Of a DNA stretch of 32,000 bases, positions 1 through 9,821 are shown one piece after another; within the stretch, counting starts at the first letter, position 1, and the number at the start of each line of letters is the position of its first letter. The stretch is from Candidatus Baldrarchaeota archaeon (lineage in GTDB: Archaea > Asgardarchaeota > Baldrarchaeia > Baldrarchaeales > DXJG01), in the NCBI GenBank assembly GCA_019056805.1, contig DXJG01000001.1, positions 30,001-62,000 on the forward strand, given 5' to 3'. A program made the translations under genes and the position numbers. The notes beneath the pieces are model-generated. The model saw nothing but the letters and a program-made list of their open reading frames with translations, was not told the DNA's origin and searched no databases.

Positions 1-494
1 TTTACGTTAACTTGTTCTAGTGCTTTTTTAAATTCTGCAATTACTTTAGGAGCGTTATCAGTGCCTATGTGTCTTTGCGGTATAGGTACAAATTCTATTC
101 CTACGGCTGCGGCTTTTCTCATTAAGCTTTCTACTTGATCTGTGTTTGCTCTGTATATTTTTGAAGGTGCTCCGTATTTTAGAAAAACTTTATCCACTTC
201 TTTCACGAGTTCCCATGCTTCATCTCTACTTACAAATTCTTCAAGATTCCCTCCAATATCAGGTCTTAAATTTAAAAGTCCACTTGAAAGAGTCCCGGCT
301 CCTCCTACTCCACACATTATTTTACAGGGACTACATTTGCTGCAATAGGAATATATCATGGCTGGACATTTTCTTTTCGCTACATCAGGTCCCCAATCAA
401 TTACAGTAATTTTCAGATTAGATTTAGTTGCCAATTCATGTGCAGCAAACATGCCTGCGGGCCCTGCACCTACTATTACTACGTCAGTTTTCAT
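1..494 (-). CDS. Uncharacterised FAD-dependent dehydrogenase/oxidoreductase (COG2509-like), N-terminal part, runs off the window edge
   Basis: Manual translation from ATG at 494: MKTDVVIVGAGPAGMFAA (Rossmann GxGxxG), Cys cluster CPAMIYSYCSKCSPC, then GVGGAGTLSSG and QRHIGTD. Open to the window edge. Absent from the ORF track. Confidence 0.85.
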   Translation of the reverse strand, partial: MKTDVVIVGAGPAGMFAAHELATKSNLKITVIDWGPDVAKRKCPAMIYSYCSKCSPCKIMCGVGGAGTLSSGLLNLRPDIGGNLEEFVSRDEAWELVKEVDKVFLKYGAPSKIYRANTDQVESLMRKAAAVGIEFVPIPQRHIGTDNAPKVIAEFKKALEQVNV

Positions 495-705
495 TTTGCA
501 CTCCCTCAGAAATTAAAGCCTTAATATTTGTGAGTTAAGATGATTTAACTGTTACGTAGCATAACCTCTGTAAATTTCGTTTTTGTTAAGTATTCCTAAA
601 ACACTATATGTGAACGTTTAAAGAGGTATATTAATCGAAAATGTAATTGATATTTCCTATTTTTAGGCTGGTCAACTATTTACAATATTTTATAGTTTGA
701 TTTTC

Positions 706-1548
706 TTATAGGAATTCTTTTCTTCGTAGAGAATCTAATTTTCCAAGGTATGTGCCATCTAAAAGATATATCTCTGTGTTCGATGGTTTTATGCAGTTTG
801 ATTTAAATAAGGGCCCTAATAGTTGCTGTGTCGTATTAATTGGAATTCCTCCCAGCATTTTATTGTATGCTGGCATGATAATTATCTTTGTCATCGGAAT
901 TATTACTCCAAAGAGTCTTTCGAATTGTTGAATCGGATCTCTCGATGCTTTAATTTTTTTGTATTTTAGGTATGCTTTTGCTACACAGTTTCTATCCCAC
1001 GTCGCTTTGATCCAAATTGGTTGTGTTATTTTGAATCCTGTTCCTGTGGTTAATTGAATCAATGGATGTGTATGGGCCATGATTAAAGAATTTGATCCTA
1101 GAAGTTTAGCATCTGGCCATGCATGACCGTGAATAAGTCCGATTGTTTTTTCATCTTCTTTTAAAATTACGCCTCGAGGTGAATATATTTTTACTTGAGG
1201 TGGAGTTATGGCCTTTAATTGTCCGTCATGATTGCCTGGTATTATTTCCACTTGAACCTCTTCGGAAAGGCTTAAAAGAAAATCGTAGATGCGAGTCGTT
1301 TCTTGATATCGAATGGTTGCAATTTCATGTTTTACATCTCCAAGTATTATCAATCGAGAAGGAGAAAGATTTTTTATTAATCGTTGAATGGAATTTAGAA
1401 GATTTTGTGTTTGAGATGGGATTTTAATTCCTGATTTTTCAAGTTCTTTTTCAAAACCTAAGTGTAGGTCTGCTATGCAAAGTATTTTTTCATTTTTTAG
1501 CTGTATTTGAAGAGCTGGGATGTTTGGAATAATTCTTATTTCTGTCAT
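706..1548 (-). CDS. ICC-like metallophosphoesterase (COG1407-type)
   Basis: Motifs IADLH, LGD, GNHD, HGH, HTHP. Confidence 0.9.
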   Translation of the reverse strand: MTEIRIIPNIPALQIQLKNEKILCIADLHLGFEKELEKSGIKIPSQTQNLLNSIQRLIKNLSPSRLIILGDVKHEIATIRYQETTRIYDFLLSLSEEVQVEIIPGNHDGQLKAITPPQVKIYSPRGVILKEDEKTIGLIHGHAWPDAKLLGSNSLIMAHTHPLIQLTTGTGFKITQPIWIKATWDRNCVAKAYLKYKKIKASRDPIQQFERLFGVIIPMTKIIIMPAYNKMLGGIPINTTQQLLGPLFKSNCIKPSNTEIYLLDGTYLGKLDSLRRKEFL

Positions 1549-1590
1549 TTCATTACTATTACATGAGTTCGTGCATTATAAATTTGCGAT

Positions 1591-2031
1591 GTGAATTTAG
1601 GAAGTGTCGTTAGATTGTGGGAAGACGACTTGCTGATTAAGGAACTTGAAAGAAAAGGTGTCCTATCGGAAAGTTTGTTGGAACGGTTTGCTTTAAAATA
1701 TGGTAAGTTGTTTTGGCGAGCTATTAAGGCTGTTGAGGAAAAACGTATTTTGAAATATGTTTTTGAACCTAGTGGAAAATATTTGTGGATTGTTATAGGG
1801 AAAACAAGAAAGTATTTGGTTATACCAGATTTTTATTGCAGTTGTGATGATTTTTATTTTAATGTAGTTACTAGAAGAAAGAGGCAATTATGTTATCATA
1901 TACTTGCTAGGAGAATTGCTGAAATATTGGGATTATACGAAACAATTCGTGTTAGTGATACTCTCTATAAAGATCTTTTGAACGAAATTAAGTTATACAA
2001 GATAAGAAAAGATAAATTTACTGTATCTTAG
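1591..2031 (+). CDS. SWIM zinc-finger protein
   Basis: CSC...CYH SWIM motif (FYCSCDDF...LCYHILA). Confidence 0.85.
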   Translation: MNLGSVVRLWEDDLLIKELERKGVLSESLLERFALKYGKLFWRAIKAVEEKRILKYVFEPSGKYLWIVIGKTRKYLVIPDFYCSCDDFYFNVVTRRKRQLCYHILARRIAEILGLYETIRVSDTLYKDLLNEIKLYKIRKDKFTVS

Positions 2032-2063
2032 GCAGTAAGTGTTAGGGTTATGGCTTCTAAAAA

Positions 2064-2071
2064 TTTAAATA
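2064..2071 (+). promoter_or_regulatory. Probable TATA box with A-rich BRE for the small-ORF/lhr/engB transcript
   Basis: AAAAA overlapping TTTAAATA upstream of ORF 2146. Confidence 0.45.
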
Positions 2072-2145
2072 AGGGATGATGTCGTTGGATTTGTAAGACA
2101 TTTCATGGAATACACTTTTAGTAACTGTTGCATGGAGGAAAGAAT

Positions 2146-2250
2146 ATGGAAATGGATATGGCAAGGATAGTATTTGATATAAACGTTGCTCTTGGAATAG
2201 TAATTTTAATACTAATATTGGCATATATTGTTCTTGCGAAAGAAGAATAA
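2146..2250 (+). CDS. Small single-pass membrane protein (34 aa)
   Basis: MEMDMARIVFDINVALGIVILILILAYIVLAKEE; GGAGGA Shine-Dalgarno just upstream; co-oriented with the downstream operon. Confidence 0.6.
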   Translation: MEMDMARIVFDINVALGIVILILILAYIVLAKEE

Positions 2251-2265
2251 TTGTAGTGATTAGCC

Positions 2266-2526
2266 ATGACTTTCTCTTTGGAACATCTTGTTAACATGGT
2301 TTTAGAAGAAGCTAGACCGTATATTTCTGAAATAAATTGGACACGAGAAAAGATTGACAAAATAGTGAAAAAGGTAAGTCAAATAGATGAATTTATAACA
2401 GTATTGGAGAAAGAAATAGAAAAGGCAGCTTCCACGAGAAAAACGGACCTAAAAATTTTTCTTACTTATTTTCAAAAGAGAGTGAAAAATGTTGCACGTG
2501 AAAGGAACACAGGAAGAAAATTTTGA
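2266..2526 (+). CDS. Hypothetical protein (86 aa, helical)
   Basis: Plausible composition; overlaps the lhr start as in an operon. Confidence 0.65.
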   Translation: MTFSLEHLVNMVLEEARPYISEINWTREKIDKIVKKVSQIDEFITVLEKEIEKAASTRKTDLKIFLTYFQKRVKNVARERNTGRKF

Positions 2527-5371
2527 TGAAACTTTTCGACTTTTACATGAAAGGATAAGAGAGAAATTAATAGAGTTAGGATTGGTTGAAGCTACTGAAC
2601 CACAGAAGAAAGCCATACCGGAAATTTTAGCTGGAAAAAACGTGCTTTTAATTTCTCCTACAGGTTCAGGTAAGACTGAAGCTGCCTTATTGCCTATATT
2701 CAGCTTGTATTTAAATTATTCCGAAAAAAATCTGACTAAACCAATATCAATTTTATATATAACGCCATTGAGAGCTTTGAACAGGGATATTTTCCGAAGA
2801 ATATTGAATTTAGCTGAAAGCCTAGGTATTAAAGTTGAAATTAGACATGGTGACACCACTTCTTCGGTTAGAAGAAGACAAGCTTTACATCCCCCTGATA
2901 TGTTAATAACTACTCCTGAAACTTTACAGGCAATTTTACCTGGGCTAAGGTTAAGAGAATGGCTTAGGAATGTTAGATGGGTTGTTGTAGATGAAATTCA
3001 TGAAATTGTGACTGAAAAACGAGGTGTTCAATTAACTGTCGCGCTTGAAAGGTTACGAAATCTGGTTGGAAGAGATTTTCAACGTATAGGTCTTTCTGCT
3101 ACAATAGGTAGCCCAGAAATTGTAGCTAAGTTTCTTGTTGGGATTAAAAGACCTGTTAAAATAATCAAAGTTCCTGTCATCAAAAATGTTGACATAAAAG
3201 TTGTATGTCCTTCTCCTCGGGCGGAAGATTTTAAGATAAGTAAAAAAATTTTTAGTACTCCTGAGACTGCTGCAAGGATTCGGGTATTGGTTGAGTTATT
3301 AGAAAAGAGCCGCTCTATGCTTACTTTTGTAAACACTCGTGAAATAGCTGAGATACTAGCTTCTAGGCTTCACTTATACGATCCTAATCTAAGTATTGAT
3401 GTGCATCATGGTTCATTGAGTAGAGATGTTCGTATAGAAGTTGAAAGGTTATTTAAAGACGGTGAGTTGAAAGGTCTTATTTGTACATCATCTATGGAGT
3501 TAGGGATTGATGTAGGAACCGTTGATTTAGTTGTCCAATATATGTCTCCCAGACAAGTTACTCGTTTGGTTCAAAGAGTTGGAAGAAGTGGGCATAAGAT
3601 TGGGAAAACTTCAAGAGGTGTTATTATAGCTCTGGATGATATGGATGATATTTTGGAATCTGCTGTGATTGCTTTTAAAGCTGTAAGAGAGGAATTAGAA
3701 CTAATAGTTATTCATGAACTGGCTTTTGATGTTTTATGTCATCAAATCGCTGGGTTGGTTCTTGATGAAGGAAATTTAACTGTAGATAAGATATTTGATG
3801 TTGTTAGGAAAGCATACCCATATAGAAATTTAAATAGAGACAAATTAATGGAATTACTAAGATTAATGGACTATTTGGATATTATAAAGTTAACAGGTAA
3901 TAACATTGTCAGAAGAAGTTGGAAAACAAGAAAATACTATTATGAATCCATTTCAACAATACCAGATGTAAAGAAGTTCGAAGTTATTGATTCGGCAACT
4001 AATAAAAGGATTGGCACTTTAGATGAAAAGTTTGTAATTAAACATGGAGATATTAACACTACTTTCATAATGAAGGGATCTGCTTGGAAAATTTTGCAAA
4101 TAAATGAAGGAAAAGTTTTTGTATCCGGTGTAGAGGATCCTAAAGGTGTAATTCCAAGTTGGGAAGGTGAACAAATACCTGTATTATATCAGGTAGCTTC
4201 TGAAGTTGGTAAAATGAGGGGAAAAATCGGAAAAGCATTAGAAAAAAGTAGAGATTCATTAAAGATTCTTTTAGATAGATTGCCTTTAACTGTCGAGGCA
4301 GCTCAGAAGGTAGTGGAAACTATTAAAAAACAACTTGATCGAGGAATACCTATTCCCACAGATAGGTTAATATTGATTGAAATCTTAGATGATGTCTTAG
4401 TTCTTCATACGTGTTTTGGAAACTTAATTAACGAAACATTGGGTAGAGTGCTTGCTGCCCTTTTAAGCGCTAGGTGGGGAGCTGATATTAGTTTAAATGT
4501 TGACGCTTATAGAATAATACTCAGAGCGCCGGTAAGAATACGCTCTAAAGACGTCTTAGATATTTTGCAGAAAGAATTAACTACTGAACATTTAGAAGAT
4601 TTACTTAAAATAATTTTACGTAATTCCAGTTTATTGGCATGGAGAATATTTCACGTCGCTAGAAGATTTGGCGTTGTAAGTAGAGACGTAGATTTTAGTT
4701 CCCATTTAGCATGGAGACTTATGGATGTTTACAGGGATACTTTAATCTTCGAGGAAGCTATTCGAGAAGCTTTGGCCGTGGATCTCAATGTTGCTCTCAC
4801 CAAGGAAATGTTGAATAAAATAAGAAGGAAAGAAATCACCCTTGTGGTTAAGTCGCTGGTTGAACCTTCTCCAATTGCTCTTAACGCGCTGGCTAGGTTT
4901 TATCCTTCCGATTATGTTCTTGTGGGTAAGCCTAAGGTTGAAATGGCAAAGCTCATTAAAGAAAGGCTTTGCAATGAAAAAATAAGGCTTGTTTGCATGA
5001 ATTGTGCATCTTGGGAATCTATAAGAACCGTTAAAACTTTACCAGACTTAATTAAATGCCCAAGGTGCGGGTCTGTATTAATTGGTGTTACTTATCCTAA
5101 ACAGATGAATACTACAAAAATATTAAGGAAGTATAAGCTTGGTCAAAAATTGACGGATGAAGAAAGGAAGTTAATTGATAAACTTTGGAAAACGGCTAAT
5201 TTGCTTGTTGCAAATGGTAAACAAGCCGTAATGGTTTTAGCAGCTAGGGGTGTAGGACCTGAGACAGCAGCAAAAATCTTAAGTAGGAGGTATAGTGATG
5301 AAAACGATTTTTATATTGAAATTTTGAATGCCGAGAGAGAATATATACGAACGCGAGCTTTCTGGGACTAA
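2489..5371 (+). CDS. lhr: Lhr-family DEAD/DEAH SF2 helicase with C-terminal Zn finger
   Basis: PTGSGKT, DEIH, SAT, HHGSLS, QRVGRSGH motifs; C-terminal CxxC...CPRCG. Confidence 0.93.
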   Translation: MLHVKGTQEENFDETFRLLHERIREKLIELGLVEATEPQKKAIPEILAGKNVLLISPTGSGKTEAALLPIFSLYLNYSEKNLTKPISILYITPLRALNRDIFRRILNLAESLGIKVEIRHGDTTSSVRRRQALHPPDMLITTPETLQAILPGLRLREWLRNVRWVVVDEIHEIVTEKRGVQLTVALERLRNLVGRDFQRIGLSATIGSPEIVAKFLVGIKRPVKIIKVPVIKNVDIKVVCPSPRAEDFKISKKIFSTPETAARIRVLVELLEKSRSMLTFVNTREIAEILASRLHLYDPNLSIDVHHGSLSRDVRIEVERLFKDGELKGLICTSSMELGIDVGTVDLVVQYMSPRQVTRLVQRVGRSGHKIGKTSRGVIIALDDMDDILESAVIAFKAVREELELIVIHELAFDVLCHQIAGLVLDEGNLTVDKIFDVVRKAYPYRNLNRDKLMELLRLMDYLDIIKLTGNNIVRRSWKTRKYYYESISTIPDVKKFEVIDSATNKRIGTLDEKFVIKHGDINTTFIMKGSAWKILQINEGKVFVSGVEDPKGVIPSWEGEQIPVLYQVASEVGKMRGKIGKALEKSRDSLKILLDRLPLTVEAAQKVVETIKKQLDRGIPIPTDRLILIEILDDVLVLHTCFGNLINETLGRVLAALLSARWGADISLNVDAYRIILRAPVRIRSKDVLDILQKELTTEHLEDLLKIILRNSSLLAWRIFHVARRFGVVSRDVDFSSHLAWRLMDVYRDTLIFEEAIREALAVDLNVALTKEMLNKIRRKEITLVVKSLVEPSPIALNALARFYPSDYVLVGKPKVEMAKLIKERLCNEKIRLVCMNCASWESIRTVKTLPDLIKCPRCGSVLIGVTYPKQMNTTKILRKYKLGQKLTDEERKLIDKLWKTANLLVANGKQAVMVLAARGVGPETAAKILSRRYSDENDFYIEILNAEREYIRTRAFWD

Positions 5372-5414
5372 AAATGTGATTTTAGAACTATATGTTATAA
5401 TTTTGGTGGAATTG

Positions 5415-6089
5415 ATGGAAAAATGGTTGAAAAAAGTAAAATTCGAAACCCGGATTTCTAAAAATCAGTTACAAAAGGAAAAAATCATATTTGTGGGGCG
5501 CAGTAATGTTGGTAAAAGTAGTTTAATCAAACTACTAACAGGTGTAAAAATCAGAATAGGAAAACGTCCTGGAACAACTGTTTTGCCATTTAAAGTAAAA
5601 TTTGAAAGATTAGACATTGTAGATATGCCTGGTTCCGGTTTTATGGAAGGAAAAACAAAGAGTATACAGGAGAAAATAAAGGATTTCATTATTTGGTATA
5701 TAGAAGAAAATAAGAATGAAATTCTTTTCGCAGTAGAAGTTTTAGATGCTAAGATGTTTTTGGAAATTGTGCAAAGGTGGGAAAGGAGGGGAGAAAATCC
5801 TATTGACATCGAGTTTTTTAACTTCTTATCGGAGTTAGAGTTAGATCCAATAGTAGCTGTAAATAAAATCGATAAAATTTCAGTAAATAAGCGGTCATTT
5901 ATACTAGATCAAATATGTGAAAAACTTGGGTTCTCATGGCCCTGGAAGCAATGGAGAGATATTATTGTTCCAATATCAGCTAAGACGGGAGAAGGATTTG
6001 AAGATTTGTGGAGAAATATATTTAATAGGTTAAAGAGAAAAGGAAGGTCTGATTTAATCAAATATTTTAGGAAGACCCCATACTTATAA
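5415..6089 (+). CDS. engB: GTP-binding protein EngB/YihA
   Basis: GRSNVGKS, DMPG, NKID, SAK motifs. Start chosen at ATG 5415 behind GGTGGA; the ORF is open from 5328. Confidence 0.9.
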   Translation: MEKWLKKVKFETRISKNQLQKEKIIFVGRSNVGKSSLIKLLTGVKIRIGKRPGTTVLPFKVKFERLDIVDMPGSGFMEGKTKSIQEKIKDFIIWYIEENKNEILFAVEVLDAKMFLEIVQRWERRGENPIDIEFFNFLSELELDPIVAVNKIDKISVNKRSFILDQICEKLGFSWPWKQWRDIIVPISAKTGEGFEDLWRNIFNRLKRKGRSDLIKYFRKTPYL

Positions 6090-6281
6090 CTAAACCTCAT
6101 CTTGCAGCAGTAAAAATTACCATTATTTAAGGTTCATAAACTTCAAAAAGTATAGAATTTTATAGTTCCGAATTTTTGGAAATTTATATATTGAATTTCG
6201 TATATCTCTCATATGACTGTAATTATGTCAAAAGGAAGATAACTAAATTGTTTTACAACGTTTTTCTGTGAGAGTGGGTGC

Positions 6282-8012
6282 ATGGTTGATTTGAGCTTTG
6301 AAGAAATAATTGAGAAGATTATGTTTGAGAAGAAAATATCTAGATGGAAATTATTGGAGTTAATTGAGAAGAAGAAAGCTGAGTTGGGAGGATTAATTAC
6401 AGATAAGAGTGCTGCTATGCTTGTTGCGAAAGAATTAGGTTTAAATTTCTTTAATAAGTTTATATCGGAAGAAAAAATAAATATAAGTAAATTGAAGCCC
6501 GGTATGCGTAATGTTACTCTTATTGGAAGGGTTTCACATATTTTTCCAGTAAGAGAATTCACAGTGAATAATAAAAAGAATGAAGTTGTATCATTAATTC
6601 TCTACGATGGAACTGGGGAAATACGTGTTGTTTTATGGGATACTAATCATATAAAATTAATAAAAGAAGGAGTAATAAAAAGAGACTGTGTACTACGTGT
6701 AATTGGCGCAGATGTCCGTGAGGGACGAGATAAAAACACAGAGGTACATGTGGGAAGCAAAGGGAACATTATTGTAAATCCCGAAGATGTAGATTTGGAA
6801 AAGATACCGAAAATACCGAAAAGAAGGTTAAAGATAAGAGAATTAGATGCAAACATGTACAATATAGTTGTATGTGGTGTTGTAAAGAGGATCGGCCCCT
6901 TAACGAGTTTTGAATGGAAAGATAGACCTGGAAAAATTCTAAGTTTAATTCTCGGCGATGAAACCGGTGAAATTAGAGTTGTTTTTTGGAATGAAAAAGC
7001 AGAAGAAGCTACGAATTTAAAAGAAGGGGATGTCATTGAATTAAGTGGTGTTTATACTAAACTTGGCAGAACAGAAAATATAGAGATTCACGTAGACTCT
7101 GAGAGTGGAATTAGGGTTCTCCAACCAGAAGAAGTTAGTGAAGAATTATCTTCACTTAGTCATATAACTGAAGATAAATTTATGTCCATCACCAATTTAA
7201 CGGAAAGTTCTGATGTGAATGTCGAAGGTATTGTTGCTAGGATTGAATCTTTAAGGGAATTTGTTCGTGAGGATGGAAGTATAGGAAAACGTTTAACATT
7301 TGTACTTTCTGATGAAAATGGAAACACTATAAGAGTTGTAGCGTGGAATGATGCAGCTGAGCAACTTAGTAGTATTTCGGAAGGAGACGCTCTTCAAATA
7401 TTTCACGGATACGTAAAAAGAGGATTATCAGGGAATTTAGAGGTACATATAGGTAAACTTTCAACTATAAACGTGATAAAGGGAAAGTTTCCCAGCATAG
7501 CCGAACAGGTGGAGAAAAAACCACATTTAGCTGACTTCCGTAGGGTAAAGCTTCAAAATGTAAGAGAAAATGAAAGAATAGAGGTTAAAGCTTCCGTGAC
7601 ATATTTTTTTGATAAACCTTTGATGTATGATGCTTGTCCTGACTGTTTAAGAAAAGTGGAGTTAAAGGAAAATGTTTGGATATGCCACAGGTGTGGTAAA
7701 GAAATAACTTCTCCCATACCCAGGCTTACATTAACTTGCATTATCGACGACGGTTCAGATACTATTATTGCTAAATGTTGGAACAATGTTGCTGCCAAAC
7801 TTCTTAATCTAGAAGATGATTTAAGCCAAGTTACTCACGAAGAACTTTTATCAAAAATTAACGATATCCTAGGTAGAGAATTCATTTTTCGGGGAAATAT
7901 CGTCTATAACGATGTCTCAAATCGATTAGAACTAAATGTGCTCGAAGTCGAAAACGTCGATCCCGTGAAAGAAGCAGAAAAACTATTAGAGAAAATAAAG
8001 AAAGCCCTTTAA
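6282..8012 (+). CDS. rpa: Replication protein A (multiple OB folds plus Zn finger)
   Basis: Repeated OB motifs (D.TGEIRVV.W); C-terminal ACPDC...CHRCG. Confidence 0.9.
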   Translation: MVDLSFEEIIEKIMFEKKISRWKLLELIEKKKAELGGLITDKSAAMLVAKELGLNFFNKFISEEKINISKLKPGMRNVTLIGRVSHIFPVREFTVNNKKNEVVSLILYDGTGEIRVVLWDTNHIKLIKEGVIKRDCVLRVIGADVREGRDKNTEVHVGSKGNIIVNPEDVDLEKIPKIPKRRLKIRELDANMYNIVVCGVVKRIGPLTSFEWKDRPGKILSLILGDETGEIRVVFWNEKAEEATNLKEGDVIELSGVYTKLGRTENIEIHVDSESGIRVLQPEEVSEELSSLSHITEDKFMSITNLTESSDVNVEGIVARIESLREFVREDGSIGKRLTFVLSDENGNTIRVVAWNDAAEQLSSISEGDALQIFHGYVKRGLSGNLEVHIGKLSTINVIKGKFPSIAEQVEKKPHLADFRRVKLQNVRENERIEVKASVTYFFDKPLMYDACPDCLRKVELKENVWICHRCGKEITSPIPRLTLTCIIDDGSDTIIAKCWNNVAAKLLNLEDDLSQVTHEELLSKINDILGREFIFRGNIVYNDVSNRLELNVLEVENVDPVKEAEKLLEKIKKAL

Positions 8013-8032
8013 TGTAGTTTTTCATATATATG

Positions 8033-8341
8033 CTAACTTATTATCTTACCTAACTCTTCTTGTATTTCTTCCTCGGTTCTCTCCGTTTCCAGTAGTTGAT
8101 ACTCCGCAAATCCTGGCTTTTTGTTCTTTAATTCTTTACATTGAAGCTCTATAGCTCGTTTTTGAGGGTGAGTTTTTACTATAACATATGCTCTAACTAT
8201 GTTTGCAATGCTTGCTTCTTGTAAAACTAGAGTTTGACCAGCTTTAAGCTCGATTACACATCGATAATGTTTATGTCCTTTTGGTATGCCTATAAGAACT
8301 CTTTTTATGTCTCTGTTTCGAATTATAAGAATATTCTTCAT
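8033..8341 (-). CDS. Conserved archaeal hypothetical protein
   Basis: 102 aa ORF with a GIPKGHKH...LQEA..ANIVRAY...KTHP pattern and an SD-like GAGGTG. Confidence 0.75.
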   Translation of the reverse strand: MKNILIIRNRDIKRVLIGIPKGHKHYRCVIELKAGQTLVLQEASIANIVRAYVIVKTHPQKRAIELQCKELKNKKPGFAEYQLLETERTEEEIQEELGKIIS

Positions 8342-8434
8342 TTTTACACCTCATATGTTCTACGTCATTTTGGGTGGTAAGTTTAAATTTGAAATATTTG
8401 AGAATTACCTAGAACTAACGGAACGGTGAAAATC

Positions 8435-8683
8435 ATGGGTAGAAGGAGAAGAAGAAAGAAAGTCATTAGGAGAGTGATTAGAAGACTTCCGAGTATATTT
8501 GAATGTCCTAGCTGCGGAGCTCAAGCTATTAGAATAGAGATGAAAAAAGAAGAGGGTATAGCTACTATTCAATGCGGTAGTTGTGGTTTAACAGATACTA
8601 TTAGAATAACGCCTCTATCTGAGCCTGTGGATGTTTATGGAGAATTCATAGACAAGTACTATGCTACGATAGAAAACGAATAA
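8435..8683 (+). CDS. elf1: Transcription elongation factor Elf1
   Basis: MGRRRRRK...LPSIFECPSCG...CGSCG...EPVDVY..FID. Confidence 0.92.
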   Translation: MGRRRRRKKVIRRVIRRLPSIFECPSCGAQAIRIEMKKEEGIATIQCGSCGLTDTIRITPLSEPVDVYGEFIDKYYATIENE

Positions 8684-8759
8684 CTTGTGTTTTAACTTTT
8701 TAATTTACATAAAAGAAAAAGGTTTGAGATTGTACTAGACTCTTAGGTTTGTTATCCCA

Positions 8760-9584
8760 TTAAATGTTTAGATATAGAAGCATAGCTATTAGTGCTCCTA
8801 GAGCGGTTGATATAAAGTTAACAGTATTATTTTCTATGAGTTCGTATCCTCTTAGATGTTTTGTTTTTTGTCCGCAGTGAATTCTTTTTTCAGTTATTTT
8901 TCCGCACACTTGGCAACGATATAATACTTGAACAGTTGCTCCTAGGATACTGTCAAATGTACAGCCAAGAAATCCGGCAATAACTGGTAAAATCAGTATT
9001 TTTAGCCCCCAATTCACATTGAGAAAACCGGTGACTTGAAGAATTAATGCCACAGTACCAATTATAAAAGCGCCGAAAAAGGTTGCAAATTCTCCTAAAG
9101 GAGTAATTCCTCCAGAGGTTCCAGGTTCAACCTTTTTCTTAAGATTAACTATTAATCTGGGTTTTCCTGGATAAAGAAGCCCGATTTCTGTTGCCAATGT
9201 ATCAGCAGTGGCCGTACTTATCGCGCCGAGAAAGCCAGCGAAAAATATATCTCCGCCGAATTTTCCATAACCTTCAAGAATAGCTAGAAGCATAGCTATG
9301 CCTCCATTGGCAAACACATTGTACCATGCACGTGCTCCTCCTTTTTCTTCCGCTGCTCCCCTTCTTCTTTTAATTTCGTATTTATACTTTGTAAATTGAG
9401 CGGCTATTAAATGAAATACCAAGACTATTAGAAACCATTGCCAACCACCAAGTACCCAAATAGATAAGCCAACGACGAAACCCGCAATAAAACCGGTCTT
9501 GTCAACTGCTTTCTTTTTTATGGAAAGTAAGCCAAGTAGGCCTACTATGATAATTCCTGATATTAATTGGAACAAATTAAGCAA
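8760..9584 (-). CDS. DUF92/TMEM19 family membrane protein
   Basis: Multiple TM segments; NVFANGG, ADTLATEIG, GTSGGIT, DSILGATVQ. Confidence 0.9.
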   Translation of the reverse strand: MLNLFQLISGIIIVGLLGLLSIKKKAVDKTGFIAGFVVGLSIWVLGGWQWFLIVLVFHLIAAQFTKYKYEIKRRRGAAEEKGGARAWYNVFANGGIAMLLAILEGYGKFGGDIFFAGFLGAISTATADTLATEIGLLYPGKPRLIVNLKKKVEPGTSGGITPLGEFATFFGAFIIGTVALILQVTGFLNVNWGLKILILPVIAGFLGCTFDSILGATVQVLYRCQVCGKITEKRIHCGQKTKHLRGYELIENNTVNFISTALGALIAMLLYLNI

Positions 9585-9821
9585 ATTGTTTCACCACCAA
9601 GGTTTACTGCAATAAATTGCATTTTGCACGAAGTAGCCAAATATTTTATCGACAAATAATAGGCTTGTATAATGCTTGTTTGAATATATTTTCGCTTCAC
9701 GTCTCACATAAAAATATTACTATGAAATTCGATATATTTATTCGGCAAGTGACGAAAAAATAAGGATGTGTTTTCACGAGTCGGTAGCATTAAAAGTTTC
9801 ACATTGTAAGCGCTTATTACC

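Noticed and set aside
142-409. Plus-strand ORFs 142-348 and 146-409
   Set aside because: Antisense shadows of the FAD-dependent dehydrogenase on the minus strand.
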